Part shown: piece after piece, positions 51,655-63,880 of the stretch | Layout: each line of letters begins with the position of its first letter | Position numbering within the stretch: position 1 is the first letter of the stretch | Source: Camelus ferus | Taxonomy: Eukaryota | Direction of reading: 5' to 3' | DNA: 64,000 nucleotides | NCBI RefSeq assembly: GCF_009834535.1 | Contig: NC_045707.1 | Coordinates: 46,502,001-46,566,000 of the forward strand | Translations under genes and position numbers: made by a program | The notes under the pieces: generated by a model | Databases searched by the model: none | Told to the model about the DNA's origin: nothing | What the model saw: the letters and a program-made list of their open reading frames with translations, nothing else

Positions 51655-51845
51655 CAGCAGTTCAAAAGTTCTAGGATATGAAACAGTTTATTGGTATCAT
51701 CTAGGGAGCTTTTAAAAGTGCAGATCACCAGAGTCCTGCCACTAAGACTCCGGCTGTATGGGTCTGCGGCGGGGCCTAGGAATCTGTATTTTTAAAAGCT
51801 TTCACTACAGTGATTCTGATACACGCTCAGGTTTCTGATCTGCTA
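51655..51845 (+). mobile_element. MER5A-like hAT-Charlie element
   Basis: 'catctagggagcttttaaaagtgcagat...gggtctgcggcggggcctaggaatctgtatttttaa...gtgattctgatacac'. Confidence 0.8.
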
Positions 51846-54800
51846 ATAGTGATTTCTTAGGATCATGGAATCAGGTCAGCTGGGTTTTGTATAGTGACAA
51901 TGGCACCTTGGAGATGAACATCTGGGGAGAGCAACAGGCTATGACCTGGGAGTGTCAGCATGAGGTCAGCACTTGACATATCAATGAGGACCACCCTCCC
52001 ACACCTCAGGGGTAAGGTCAGCTCCCAGCTCATCTGCTCACACTCCTGCCAGTTTCAACTTCTGGAGCTGAAATTAAATGGGGGTTGTTTTCCAATCATC
52101 CCCAGCCCCTAGAGCTGTCTCTTTCCATTGTCAGGAAACAGCAGCCCCCTGAGCGGGCGCCTGTACTGGACAGACCCAGGTTCTTGAGGCAGACAGGCAG
52201 GCAGAGCCTCCAAGCAAGGCAGGGGGAGGCAGGGAGGACCTGAGCCTCACATGGCACATTTTTTGTAGGCAAAATCCCACAGCAGGTAGTCAGAAAACCT
52301 GTGGAACTCATTAAGCCAGGGAGTTGTACCTGCTGCAAAGTATGAGAGCTTCTTAAAATGATTAGAGAAATGGAGAGTTCCAACAAGTGGTCTGTGAGAA
52401 AAACAGGCTATTCTGAGAAGTCCCTTTCCCTCTAAATGGACCTCGTGGAGGATAATCTTGCCCATCATTTCACAGTCCTCCATGTGGCTGACAGATGCCA
52501 CAGGCAGACCACCCGGCTGAGCCAAAATTAACCAGAATGTGGACATTTCCCTGTAGCTCACAGAACATCTTTTTAACTCTGGGGGATTTTCCCAAAGGTC
52601 ACATAATCTCTCCAACCCTGTTTTCTCACCTGTGAAATGGTGATGTGCTGCTGACTTCACGGGGTTATTACAAACATTGCCTGGCACATAATAAACGCTC
52701 AATAAATGCTGGCTATTGCTACCACGTGAGAAAAATGTTCCACGGTCCAACAAGCATGTGAAACCTCACATGGAGGAAGCAAACCAGGTTTCCTTAGCAC
52801 AAGGCTTCTGAAAGCCTTCAAATATGCTGAGTATTACGATACTCTAGGAGGGGTATAGTATCTAACATCTGCTCCCAGGACCACTTTTGCTCAGAACATT
52901 TACTGGAAAATGAGTATCCAGAATATTCCCTGAGAACTACACTACATTGTATTTAAACACCCGAACACATAACCATGTGAAAGAAAGGACACCATAATTA
53001 CTTCATTGGATGTACTTCTCTAACTTAACACATTATAGGGACTATTCTACAGCAAAGCATGTATCTCCATATGGTTGTTTTCAATGACCAGGTATTCTAT
53101 GGCTGTACCAGGGCATTTTAGTTTGGCTGGTACTATCTCCCCACAAGGCTAGGAGAGAACCTTCCTTAGATTTTTACCTCTCTGGTTTATACTGGCTTAA
53201 CCAGAGAACCAGAGTCTTACAACAGAATCTCTAGCAGCAAATCTAAGTGAACAAGGTAAGAATAACCAGCTTTGATGCCCAGCTGAAAACTCCCCTGGAC
53301 GTCAGGTTTTGAATGACCAGACTAGAACTTTTTTTCTTAAGAAAGTGAGGACTTATCAGCGATCGGTGGCTCTCACCATGGTTCTCAGCCTCCAGTCTTG
53401 GGTTCTGGGAATGGTAGTAATGAGGATTTATGAGCTATTTGCAATGTTCCAAAAAGCTGTTTGGAAAAACATGCACAGACTAAGCAAGGCTGAAAGTGTC
53501 TTTGCTTTGAGCTGGAATTTTATCAGCTCTGTGTGGTAGCACAGTCAGTTCTCGGCAAGGCCGTTTTGAGATGCCCTTGATAAATAAAGCCTGAGAATGG
53601 GAATTGTTACTTAATAAATACAGTTTGTTGAGTAGACAAAATTTTTTCAAATATGGGAACCCTGGGGAAGCAATATAATAGACCGTGTTTAAATGTTGAA
53701 GCAAGCTGGGCAAAAAGGTTCTGTGTGGTGAACAACTGGTTTACAAAGCTATACAGGATCCACTAGGCACCTCAATGCGGTCATTTTGAATAAGTGACTG
53801 TTCAACATGTTAAGGGCAACATGGCCTTTTGAGGAATACCAGAAGCTAAAAAGCGCTGGTACACCTTCTCTGCAGCTCTAATACTGCTATTCTTCTTAGA
53901 ATGATTGAGAGGAAAAGAACGGAAAATGGGGTTGGGCCAAGGGCCCCTGCTACATCCATTATAGAATTATGTTAGTCTCAGTGATCTTCCTTGCACTTTG
54001 TATGTTCAATGGTTCTGGGTCAAAACCATCGTGCCAGAATGGCCCATCTGGTTTTTAGAGATTTGGGATGTGACCCCATTTATCATGGGCTTTAAGATCA
54101 GGGTATAATTTAAGTCCTAGCCCTGACAAGGCCCACCCTATATATATATCCTAGAACAAGATATTGCCCCTGTCTAAGTCCTAGATTCTCTATATGTAAA
54201 AAAAGGGTAATTTTCATCTCCATCATAACATATTTCATTAACATTGTTTACATTTTGGGGCATGTGTATGTGCGTCTGTGTGTGTACAACTCTATGCATC
54301 TAGAGAGACCATACTTAGAGTAGTAACTAGCACACAGTCTGTAGGGACTCAATAAAAATTAGTTTCCCTCCCCTATGCCACAGTGAAAGCACTTTGGAAA
54401 AATGAAGAAAACGTAAAAAGTTATCCTTTTTATTTCAGTAAGCAGAAACAAGGAGAAAAGCTGAAACAGCCAGATAAATTAAGAGAGGGAGGGTGAGTGC
54501 CATATATTTCCTGGTTCATGAATGTGTATGAGACTGTGGCCTGATATTAACCCCAAATTCCAAAGCCAATCCCATTGGGTATATTCATAAATGCATCTAA
54601 CCGTTCAATGCCCACACAATAAATGTGTAAATTCAGTTATCTTGCTGATTATGCACCCATTTGCAAGCACACCCTTCTCTGAATAACTTGGAGTTGGAAA
54701 TATAGCCAATAATAAAATTGTCTAAATAGAAAATACTTCTTACTTACTGACAGTAAGGTTTTTAATTTGATGCCTATGAACCACTGCCGGTCTTCTTGAA

Positions 54801-54917
54801 GCCTGAAGCAGCATTTAAACTCAGTAGTTCAAAGTAAAAGCTTCACTACTAGATAATGACATCAATTAAACAATTTTTATTCAGAAGTCAGAAACAGTAA
54901 CTAGTATTTCTACCTAC

Positions 54918-55052
54918 CTCTTTCCCGGCTGTTAGATAGATGTAGATATTCTTCTCAGGATGAGGAACGAGTTTGTAGAAAACAGGTGTTTCTTCTTTAA
55001 TTTCATAGATGACCTCTGGACAATTTGAAGTCAAATTCTCACCAAGAATAAC
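54918..55052 (-). CDS. PLXNC1: plexin C1 exon 3 (end of Sema domain), 135 nt, phase 0/0
   Basis: VILGENLTSNCPEVIYEIKEETPVFYKLVPHPEKNIYIYLTAGKE; aatag|GTT and GAG|gtaggt. Confidence 0.97.
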
Positions 55053-55268
55053 CTATTTTTTTTTTTCAAAAGAGAAGCACAATTTCTATTAAATACTTTG
55101 AATAGCAGGGTGGCAAAACTTACTGCTTAATCCTAAAACTACATCCTTTCTTCCTCACTACATATACTGGCTAAGGTACCATGTTCCTTAATCATCCACT
55201 CATGCCTCAGCCTTCAACAAGGCTGGTAATAACAAGCTTGGTATTTCTGCTTTCGTCGGGGGCAAAGT

Positions 55269-55284
55269 CGTGCACGTGCACGTG

Positions 55285-55316
<32 letters not shown>
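55269..55316. repeat. Alternating purine-pyrimidine tract (CGTGCA)3(CG)3(CA)n
   Basis: cgtgcacgtgcacgtgcacgcgcgcacacacacacacacacacacaca. Confidence 0.9.
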
Positions 55317-55449
55317 AAGCCACTCTTCGGTGCTGGGGCAGTATCTCATATGTGGAAGCCCATTGTCCACAATTCCTGACCATGTCTGTCCTTATGAGAA
55401 AGAAGCTGCAAGTGACAGCTTCATTAGTGCTATGCCGAGTTACCTTAAA

Positions 55450-55575
55450 ACAAAAGGAAACCTACTACACAGCACAGGGAACTATATTCAATTTCTTGTA
55501 ATAACATATAATGGAAAAGAATCTGAAAATAAAATATATGTGTATGTATATGTAAAAAAAAACAAAACAAAAACT
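55450..55575 (+). mobile_element. Short cetartiodactyl-type L1 3' fragment with A-rich tail
   Basis: 'cctactacacagcacagggaactatattcaatttcttgtaataacatataatggaaaagaatctgaaaa'. Confidence 0.8.
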
Positions 55576-56349
55576 AAAGCAAGTCAGCACAATAGATATT
55601 TGCATGGGTTACTCTGATTCTTCCATATAATTCTACGTGGTTTTGCATTTTAAAGTAACCAGGATAACTTAACAGGCCTCAATGAGTAGGTATGTGTTTA
55701 TATATAAAATATAAGTAAGTGTGGCTTTGAAATTAGACATACTTGAGTTTCACTCATCTTTAGTCAAAAAACATCTACTGAGCATCCACTATGTGTATCT
55801 GCCACATTCTAGATATTGTTTGGACATGATATTGGATAATTCTAAAGAATTACTGACAATTATATTAGCAGGGATACCTGTGCTATGGTTATTTAAGAAA
55901 ATGACCATCATTTTTGAGAGATGCCTAATGAAATATGTAGGGGTGAAATGACATGGTATCTTGGATTTGCTTTAAAATTAAAAAGTAAATAAAAACATAG
56001 TTTACAAAACACCACCACTCATCCATTTGAAGTGAGTTAGGAGCTGCACTGCACTTGTTATTAGAGCTTATTTTATTTACTTTGGGAGCAGGGTGGATGC
56101 AAACAGGGAAGATCTTGTTTGGGGCAATATAGATTTATTTACTTGATACCTTGGAGATGAGGCATCAGTATTCTCCCTAGAACTCTGAATTATGGCAGGA
56201 AAGCCTTTCTTGCTTGCTTTTTATCCCCTTTACATTACCAAAGTGTACCATGTGCCAGGATTTGCCTACCAGTTTTCTCAACAAGCTACTTGGAGTGGCC
56301 AACACAGAAGCTTGTCCTGATAGGTACAGATTCTAGGTTTAAACAGGTA

Positions 56350-56880
56350 TGCTTCATTGATTGTGGGAGTGAGACTTCTCTGGAAGGTAATTTGACAGTA
56401 TCCATCAAAATTATAAAGCACATACCCTTCGGGCCCACAGCCCCTCGTATGTATGTAAAGTGATAAATGTAATGGATAGTCACTGCAGCATCAACAAAAG
56501 ACTGAAACAACTTAAATGTTCAACAATAGGGAACTGGTTAAGTAAACTACAGTGCAAACAATGGAATACTATTTGGCAATAAAAAGAACTAGGAAGCTCT
56601 TTATGTATTATATGTTATGTTTAACATGTTATATTAAATATGTATGCATGTGTACATACACATATATAACATATGTAACAAAAGGAGGGAAATATTCTCT
56701 CTCCCCTTTTGCTTGCAGTCATACATAAAATATTTCTAGATAGATACCCAAGGAACTGATATCATTGGGTTGCCCCAGAAGTCAGGAATGTGTGACTTTC
56801 ACTGTGTTTTTTCTTGGTTCTTTTGAGTTTTGAACAATGTCAAGATATATCTTAAAAAATAAATAGATACAATTTAAAAT
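56350..56880 (+). mobile_element. Old L1 (L1ME-like) 3' fragment
   Basis: 'tctggaaggtaatttgacagtatccatcaaaatt','ctgaaacaacttaaatgttcaacaatagggaactggttaagtaaacta','caataaaaagaactagg'. Confidence 0.7.
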
Positions 56881-57439
56881 TTTTAACTGTTTGAGGATGA
56901 GTAGGTCAAATATTTTTTCTTTTTGCTAGCTTATGGAGAGAATGATCTCCATAGCTCTAAGGAAGCTTCCATTTTCATCCCATTTTTAATTTTAAAGAAA
57001 CATGCTACACGGAGGGACTGGGGTCTCTGCTTCACCGTGGTCCTCATCTCTCTCAGGTGACAACAGAACAGGAGAGAGAAAACTCTTTCTTCTCAAGATT
57101 TCTATTAATGTCACCTCTCACCCCATCCATGCCCAACCCCACAGCCCCACCCAGCACAGGGGGCACCGACAGAACACAAATCTTCTAATTGCAAAAAGTC
57201 AGGTCAACATCAACACAGAAAAGAAAGCCAGCAAGATGGAGCTGAGCAGCCTCGGAAAAAGACGCGATTAGTGAAGTGATGCAGGAAGTAACAATGAGTC
57301 AGAGAAACCTGAAATGGGTTGCATTTTGCATAAGATAAAACACATCCAACTCATACACACTCCTTGGGCATGAGGTGGATTTTTATCTATTGCTTCCAGG
57401 ATACGACCTTAATATAGATTTAATCTGAAGTCAACCTGA

Positions 57440-57720
57440 ACCTCTGCCATGTATATTCTTACATACCCCTTCATCCTTAGAGTCTCAAAGGTCACCTATC
57501 GACCGTACCCCACTGTCACTCTCTACCCATTACTCTATTTTCTTCATAGCACTTATTACCATGGGAAATGACTTCATCATTGACTAATCCATTTACCTGT
57601 TTTCTGTCTTCTTCCCACCATAGAAGCAGGGATATTGTCTATTTTGTTCACCTTAGTATCCTCAGCACCCAGAGCAGTGCCGGGCACATAAAAGACGCCC
57701 AATAAATATTTATTAAATGA
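57440..57720 (+). mobile_element. L2 3' end
   Basis: 'tttcttcatagcacttattacc...gcagggatattgtctattttgttcacc...cagcacccagagcagtgccgggcacataaaagacgcccaataaatattt'. Confidence 0.82.
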
Positions 57721-59384
57721 AAAAAAATTACTCTATTAGCATTCAAGATTTTGTAGGGCTCTTTAGATTTTTTTCCAGCTGAAGCCTGTGTAGAAAACAA
57801 ATTTCCCCAATGGAGAATTTCAGTTCATGTCAACATATTGTTTCTGTTGACATCTTCCTGAAGCCTCATGGCAGACTATTAACTAGCCTTGGGATTTTCA
57901 CTGCATACCAAAAACAAAAAAAACCTTTCCAACTAAGGTGCTGAAATGTACATGAGATTTCCACACCACACAGTTCACTGCATTACAAGTAAAACACCAT
58001 CCACAGGAAAGATAGCATGGTAAGGAAAATGAGGGGGAGAAAAATTAAAGAAAACACTGTTTCTTTTTTCTTTACTATTACTATGACATGGAAAAGCCAT
58101 GGGTTTCAAAATGCTAAAATATTTTAAACCAAATCTCTTTTCTTATGCCTCACTCTGTGAGACTAACCATTTAAAGGTAAACAAGCCAATCCTCTCACCT
58201 ATTTTTTTTTCTATAAACAGTTTCTAAGAAATGCTGCAAAGGAGACTGAGGCTTAAAATACATACATACATACATGTACACACACACACACAAACACACA
58301 TGAGAAAGCAAGGTCATTTTCCAACAGCGTTTACTGTGCTTCACTAGGTAGGAGTAATAATACAGATGAAATATAAAGATTAAGGCAATCCTCTCTTGCT
58401 TCCAGTCTACTTAAATATACAGTCTGAACCACAAGTTCTAGATTTGTAGATTACACGAGAGTATTTGTCCTGAACTGGGGAATCCCTACCTGTGTACTCA
58501 CACACTGGAATGAATGAGATGTGGGTGAACTTGAACATGACATTCTAAACAGCCAACCAAGGAGCCCACTTCCAAGTTGACAGCTCCCACTGTTTTTACT
58601 GTTTGATCTGTCACCTCAGCTCAGCCATCTCCCCACCCCCACTTCCGGCCCCAGGTCCTGTTCTGGGTTCCTCATGGCCTCCTTTTCCTTATTTGAACAT
58701 TCTGTGGGAGTATAAATAGAGCTTGGCCTTCTAAAAGATTTGTTTTCTCTTATTTTCACCCAAAACTTTAAAAACCAGAGTCAAGACAGACTCTTCAGGT
58801 GTTACACAGTTGGTCTTCTGCTTGGAAGCAGGAAGAATTTTCTGGGAAACGAGCTGAATTTTGTTCCATGGTTTGGATAAATGAAATCTACTAGTAATAG
58901 AGTTTTGACAGCTGCAGAAGCAGCCAGCCCTAGCTCTAAGCACAGTGGTGATTCTCTGTGGGACACGGGGAAAGGACATGACATGGGTCCTGCATCCCAA
59001 CCCCTACTTTAGTCCTAGGGATGCGGGGGAGACCCCACCCGAGCCGCTTCCTGCGGGAGCCATTATAAACACCGGCTTGAACACAGATTCACAACCTTTG
59101 CTCTAAAGGAAAAACAGGGGTTCCAAAGGGGGTTCAGAGGCTCCCAGAAACTACTTGCAGCCCTAACAGAGAGGGCTCTGCCACCGTCTAATACAGAAGT
59201 CTGCACTCAGCTGGCTGTCAGCAGGCTGTCCCCGAATAGGAACAAACTAAAACCACAGAAGCCAGAGTCCCTTCTGATGAAACCTCACCCGGATACTCCA
59301 ATGTTAGAAAATAAATATTAAAAAACAGTTGTACAAACTCTACCAAGCTCTATAGAATACATCTGAATTATCAGTGCAGTTTGT

Positions 59385-59565
59385 ATGGGAGACTGGTTGC
59401 TTCAGTTCAAATCACCTCGAGCAAGTTACCTAACCTCTCAGAGCCTTAGGTTTTTTCATTGATAAAGTAGGGATGGTAATAGTATTAACCTGGTTAACCC
59501 ACACAGACACTAGTTCTAATGCCTGGCACATGGTAAGAGCTCAGAAATATTAGCTGTTATTATTC
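59385..59565 (+). mobile_element. MIR SINE
   Basis: 'gcaagttacctaacctctcagagccttagg...taaagtagggatggtaatagta...tgcctggcacatggtaagagctca..aatattagctgttattatt'. Confidence 0.78.
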
Positions 59566-61469
59566 CTCACCCACCCACTGCCTTCTTACCTTTTATGCTT
59601 ACAGGAAAGGTTAATGGGCATGCATAAAGTTACAAATTTCAAATTTTATGCATATTGTGTTATTACTTTAACTACCTGGAAAAGCTCGAAATATTCAACT
59701 CTGCCTTTGAAATAAGGACAATTTTCTATATGCGACCAAGTCAGCTCAAAAGAATCCATATTACAGGATAGTCTGTACCACAAACTGGAGAAAGATCTGG
59801 CACATGTTTCTAAGAATGCAGACACAGTGCAGCGTCCTGACCATGCAACACTGAGAGATGGATTCCCAAAAGCTGAGTTCAGCGTGGCTATACTTTTTCA
59901 GCTGATCTCCGTAGAGACGCTGACAACTGAAAAAGTACAGCATGCAATCATTTTCAGAAAGGAAGTAAAATGAGGAAATAACCGGGAAGAGAGTGACTGG
60001 ACACAATCCATCTCACAACCATCAGGATTGAACGTCAATAGTAAAGAGGAAGATTAGATACTCCCAAAGGACATTTTTAGTTCTAAATTCCTTCAGTTTT
60101 TCTAAAATCTTACAAAGAGTCTTAAGAAAAAAGGCAGGAGAAGGAGAGCCGTAAAGGCATGTTGTGAAGTCTTAAGTTTTTCCACTTATCATCAATAAAA
60201 TCTTACCTTCTGAGGTAGTGCCACATTACTCAGAAGAGTGCATGTCTTTATAGACACTGTGAAAGTGGTTCAATATCTCAGCTTAAGCTCCAAATGTTTC
60301 CACATAACAGAACATGATATAGCTATTTAAAAACACTGTTTACAAATGGTTTGCCAAAACAGTTTAATATAAGCATTTTCCCTCATTAACTGAAGAAGAA
60401 AGGATGCAAAATTGGGTACAATCTGACCTCAATTACATAAGAAAAAGACTCTAAAATGCTGACAGCACTTGCCTCTACCTAAGAAAACTAGGGGTATTTT
60501 TTTCTTTGCTTTCCCCTCATACCCCGCTGCTTTGCAACTTTCTCCATGAGCATGTGTTACTTTTACAATGAGAAAAAATTATTTCCATAACATGATATTT
60601 AAAATTGCATCGAATTATAATCCATGAGGTTTTCAGAAATTTAAGAAATCGGGTGTGTGTGTGTGTGTGTGGTGGTCGTGAAAAAAAAAAAAAAACAGCA
60701 ATTGGCCCCCCACTGCTGTTTCCTGCCTCTCATCCAACCAGGCATATACTACAGTGCCTGGCGTCTGTCAAAATGCCATCAATGCTTGATCACTGGGGAA
60801 ACTGATGAGTCAGGCTGTGCGTGATCCAAGCCCTTTCTTCTCCTCCCGCAGGCTGCCTTGGGTTGGGTTTTGTTTTTCTCTGCTCATTAGTACCTCCACT
60901 CTGTGGCTTAAGAAGCCAAGCTTGTGTCTATCAATGTTCATCCTTTCCAACAGTTCCGGTGACAAGTCTGGCCAGGGACAAGCTTGAAGTTTTTGAATAA
61001 AGGGATCTGGAGATTATCTGTGCCTTCCAAATCACCTACACAATCCCGGGTCCTCGGGACTCTTGCTGATTTCAGGGGCTGCAGCCAAGAATCCGTACAC
61101 AGGGTATACGGGGGAGTCTTGGGAATCACCGGGCTGTCCTAGGGAGCCTGGTGGGGCCACCTCAGCTCACATTCTTCCCTCACAGCCTCCTCCCGAGGGA
61201 AGAATCCTTCCTGAAGGAAGCTGGAGGTGGAGTTTAATTCTCAGGAAGTTACCATACCACAGAGGTATTCCCTCAGTTAGATGGTCTGCCTTCTTCTCGA
61301 GCTGGGATTCTTCCCTAAGCTTCTAAGAACCCTAGCCACTCCCAGGAGCACTGGTCCCCCTCCCCCATGGATCCCTATCAGCATGCTTCCTGCTCCCCCC
61401 AGACAACCCTCAGGGAGCGGTTGCCATGCCTGGGGCAGAGGTTACAAAGGTTTAGTGGTGTCTCTGAGG

Positions 61470-61682
61470 TGGCATCTTAGTGCAGCCTCAGGTCATCCCA
61501 GGTTCAAATCCCCACTCTGCCATGTGTACACTGGACAAATCATCCAACTTCTCTGGGCCACAGGCCCCTTATCTATAAACTGAGAATAGTGCACCTACCT
61601 CACTGAGGTGAGGAGAGGACTGAATTAGTTAAACATGTAGAGTGACTGGCACATGGGAAGCACTGTATAAATGTTAGCAGTC
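61470..61682 (+). mobile_element. MIR SINE followed by a (CCAA)7 microsatellite at about 61684-61712
   Basis: 'caggttcaaatcccactctgcca...tctataaactgagaatagt..acctacctca...tggcacatgggaagcactgtataaatgttagc'. Confidence 0.75.
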
Positions 61683-62329
61683 ACCAACCAACCAACCAAC
61701 CAACCAACCAACTTGCCTTTGTCACTGGAAGCCTAAAAACAAGGCCACAGATATGGCTCTTAAGGGGGTAGCCCATACAGACGCCGAGGAAAGTGAGGCT
61801 TGGGTCAGACACCTCTTCCTCAGCGGCTTGATGCTGCAGCTCAGTTCCACTCTCGGGTGCCACAACATCGCAAAACACCGGCCAGCGGCACGTGAACCGC
61901 CGGGGTGAACAAACAGGACAGGCAAGACCAGCCCGTCCTACGGGAAACTATTTATAGCCAAGTGTTCCTTCACCTCCAATTTACCATCTAACAGTTTGGT
62001 TGGCTCAGCTTGGGGGAAACAATGTTCTTGTCAAAAACTCTCGTCAAAAATATCCCAAATCCAAAGACATGATTGGTGAGGAGACCCAGTAAGGATTGAT
62101 AGAAACTTCTGCCGGGTTAATGGGTCCAATCAGCCTGACTAGGTTGGTGTAACTAAGGATGTTGCCTCATGGCCCTGAGCAACTTGTATACAGTGACTGA
62201 CTGACGAGTATTTACCTTTCCCCAGGAAATAAAGCTAACACAACAGGAAAGATGATCAATGTATATTTTAAAAGAATGTGTACACAAACAACCCCCCTCC
62301 CATATGTTACTGGGTTTCCTCCAAAGAGA

Positions 62330-62880
62330 ACAGATTATATCAAGTGTCTACCAGGCACTCAGTGTTTTATCAGGCTGTGGGAATTTCTGGCCCCCTTCTC
62401 CAGAAGCTTAAAATCAAGTTGGGAAGGCAGGACAAACACAAGTGAAAAGGTTAGGCATCAAAGCAAGACATTTATAATGAGCTGAAAGAGTGATACAGAT
62501 AATGGGTATTTCGGGAGATGAGGGAGAAACGTGATCTCGCCAAGCTTAGAGGAGTCCTCAGAGAGGAGGTGGAGTTTGAGCTGAGCCAAAGCATAGATAT
62601 ACAAGAGTCAGTACAGCAGAGGGAAAAAGAGAGCAATCCAGGAAGGGGTTACAGTGTGGAAACAGGCATGGGAGCAGCACTGCACAGTGCACATTTGGAG
62701 AACAGCAAGCAAGGAGGTTTGGCTAGAGTGAGGGATACGTGCACAGAAGACAGAATTAGAGACCATCAGAAGGGAAGGGTCTCCTCGGCTGTCTAGTACA
62801 GTCTCGTCTTACAGATGAGGAAATGGAGGCTCAGAGAGGTTTGGGGATTCACCTCAAGTCACACAGCTAGTTATCCGTGA
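62330..62880 (-). mobile_element. L2 fragment followed by MIR
   Basis: 'gaggaggtggagtttgagctgagcc','ccaggaaggggttacagtgtggaaacaggcatgg'; MIR 'ttacagatgaggaaatggaggctcagagagg...aagtcacacagctag'. Confidence 0.75.
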
Positions 62881-63742
62881 GAGATCAGCTGAGAAGACAA
62901 ATCTGTTAGTATTAGTTTTGAATCGGAGCTGACAGTAAACTGGCTACAGAGAGGAAAAGGAATATCGGCCTAGGGTGACAGAACAGGGCAGTTCCCAACC
63001 AAGAATGCTGCTGGAGGCCGCAGGAGGTGCACGATAAAGGCTTACTGAAGAAACTGGTAAGTTTACTGCTACATCATTTCAGACAAGTCACGTGGTATCT
63101 CTGAGTTTTTCTCCTCCTCACTGCCCCTCCCCCAAGTGAATAAAAATCTCAACTTGACCTATGGTGGAACCACCCAGTGGAAAAAAATAGTCCTCAGAGA
63201 TAAAAGTCGAGGGGGAGTCTCAGAGGGTTTTAGATTCCTAACCTCCCAGTGGTGTGTGTGGGTATAAAGGGCAGAAAACAAAGCCCCTCTGTGGGTGGCA
63301 AGTGGGCTGGGGAGAAGGAACACCTGTTTTTTCCTTCTTTTCAGCCCTATAATCTCTCATTTCTTTGAAGTTGTGAGAAATCAGGTGCTTTGTGTATTTC
63401 CATTATAAAGGAGCTAGAACTGAAAGGTTAAAAGCCTCAGGAAGGTGAGCAGAGACAGGGGTTGGGGCCAGACCTCCATGTGCCTCACCCCGGCAGCTTC
63501 TGAGTAAGGAAGGGAACTATCTTGGCAGGTTCCCAGGAAGCAAGGGGGTTGGTACTTCCAGACATGGTTAGGGAGGTTATTACATCTAGATTTCCAGAAA
63601 TTTCTTTCAGGCCATTTCTGGGGGTCTCTGAGCAGTTCACAAAGCAGTCCGGTATATAACCCACAAGCAATAAAAAATGAAATACAAAAATTAAAAAAAG
63701 CACAAAATGGATCGACATTGAAGAAGGCACAGAGAAACCAAC

Positions 63743-63880
63743 CTTAAGTAACTGGCCATCTCCAGTCCCCAAGAATACAACAGTCCTGTTCAGTACCACG
63801 GTGCCATAAACCGATGTCAGGTCGGAATGGATCAAGGTAGATGAAGCGATTGGTTGGACTCTTTCAGGTTGCTCCCCTTC
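63743..63880 (-). CDS. PLXNC1: plexin C1 exon 2 (Sema domain), 138 nt, phase 0/0
   Basis: EGEQPERVQPIASSTLIHSDLTSVYGTVVLNRTVVFLGTGDGQLLK; donor AAG|gttggt; acceptor ccgaag|GAA is the only in-frame AG here (5' edge slightly uncertain). Confidence 0.93.

Larger units (their letters stand above)
2966..63880 (-). other. PLXNC1: PLXNC1 gene body, partial (internal exons 2-12 and introns); gene continues past both window edges
   Basis: 11 exons with AG/GT (one GC) boundaries and compatible phases join into 446 codons matching plexin C1 from EG(E/D)QPERVQPIASSTL to GGQNITIMGRNFDVIDNLIISHE. Confidence 0.97.

Noticed and set aside
52247..52753. Longest ORF in the track (168 aa, minus strand)
   Set aside because: Begins within MER112/MIR-derived sequence and has no domain or splice support
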